A stretch of DNA of 64,000 nucleotides from Paraspadella gotoi (Eukaryota; Animalia; Chaetognatha), in NCBI GenBank assembly GCA_051294375.1, contig CM119265.1, positions 14,794,963 to 14,858,962 of the forward strand, written 5' to 3'. Shown here in pieces: positions 63,361 through 64,000 of the stretch. Position 1 is the first letter of the stretch; each line of letters begins with the position of its first letter. A model generated the notes under the pieces. That model worked only from the letters and a program-made list of their open reading frames with translations. It did no database searches and was not told where the DNA came from. The position numbers and the translations under genes are program-made.

Positions 63361-64000
63361 ATTTGATTGTCAATTGATTGCACATTTTTTGATTGTATTG
63401 TAAAATTTTTCGGCATATATGACGATATGTTAATATTGCTAATTCTGTAATCCAACAACATTTCCCAATATTATAAGCCATTATCCGACATCCAAACCTA
63501 TGAACATTTTTAAAAAATTTAAAATACTTTTATTATTCTATGATTTTTAGTATTATTATTAATAATTATCTAAAGGTTTTTTCTAAGTAAGATAAAGTTA
63601 ACAATCCTAAAGTCTAATATTAACGTTTCTCTAAGTGTCGGGCTATCCAAATTAAATACAGAGCGGCACTCGAGAGGATCTCTAGTTTGAAATAATTATT
63701 TTATATTTTATTAAATTTTTAAACTTTTCAGACAAGTTTTAAAATGGCTTCCCACAAAGACTATGTAGAATGAATGGTTTTCAAAGTGGTCAAAATTAAA
63801 ACACATAACGGTTGAACTCATTCACTAATTATTCTTAAACTCCTAATAACATATAAAATTCAAGACTGTATTGGCTTCAGTGTATGAAAGCTTTCTGCCT
63901 TTAAATATATTTAAGTGGCAATCTGTAGGGAGTGCACACGAACACATATCTAATTTATATGTTCTATGTGAGAGTGGCTAGTTGAGATTATCCACGGGAA

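Overview
AT-rich animal (probably invertebrate) genomic DNA with GA/CT microsatellites, short N gaps and many indel errors; 50-62 kb looks like low-accuracy long-read sequence. Main content: (1) a full-length minus-strand Ty3/gypsy LTR element (7670-18446) with gag, PR-RT-RH-IN, a class III (chuvirus/gB-like) env, unusual CA...CG termini and a degenerate OTU-like domain in pol, abutting a truncated env-less relative; (2) a minus-strand PTS mucin-like gene; (3) HINE/DINE-1-like elements, Penelope and CRE-like fragments, an orphan multi-exon gene and a myosin II exon. The most notable observation is a set of short non-autonomous LTR elements (TRIMs). Two families are complete, with 4-bp TSDs and the same PBS TGGTGAGCCC; a third is present as a degenerate single LTR. 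Each LTR holds a tRNA-like Pol III promoter followed directly by a circularly permuted (P5-type) twister-ribozyme fold with covarying pseudoknots and a minimal, near-palindromic P1. They look like twister-based LTR retrozymes. All folds were read by eye and are untested.
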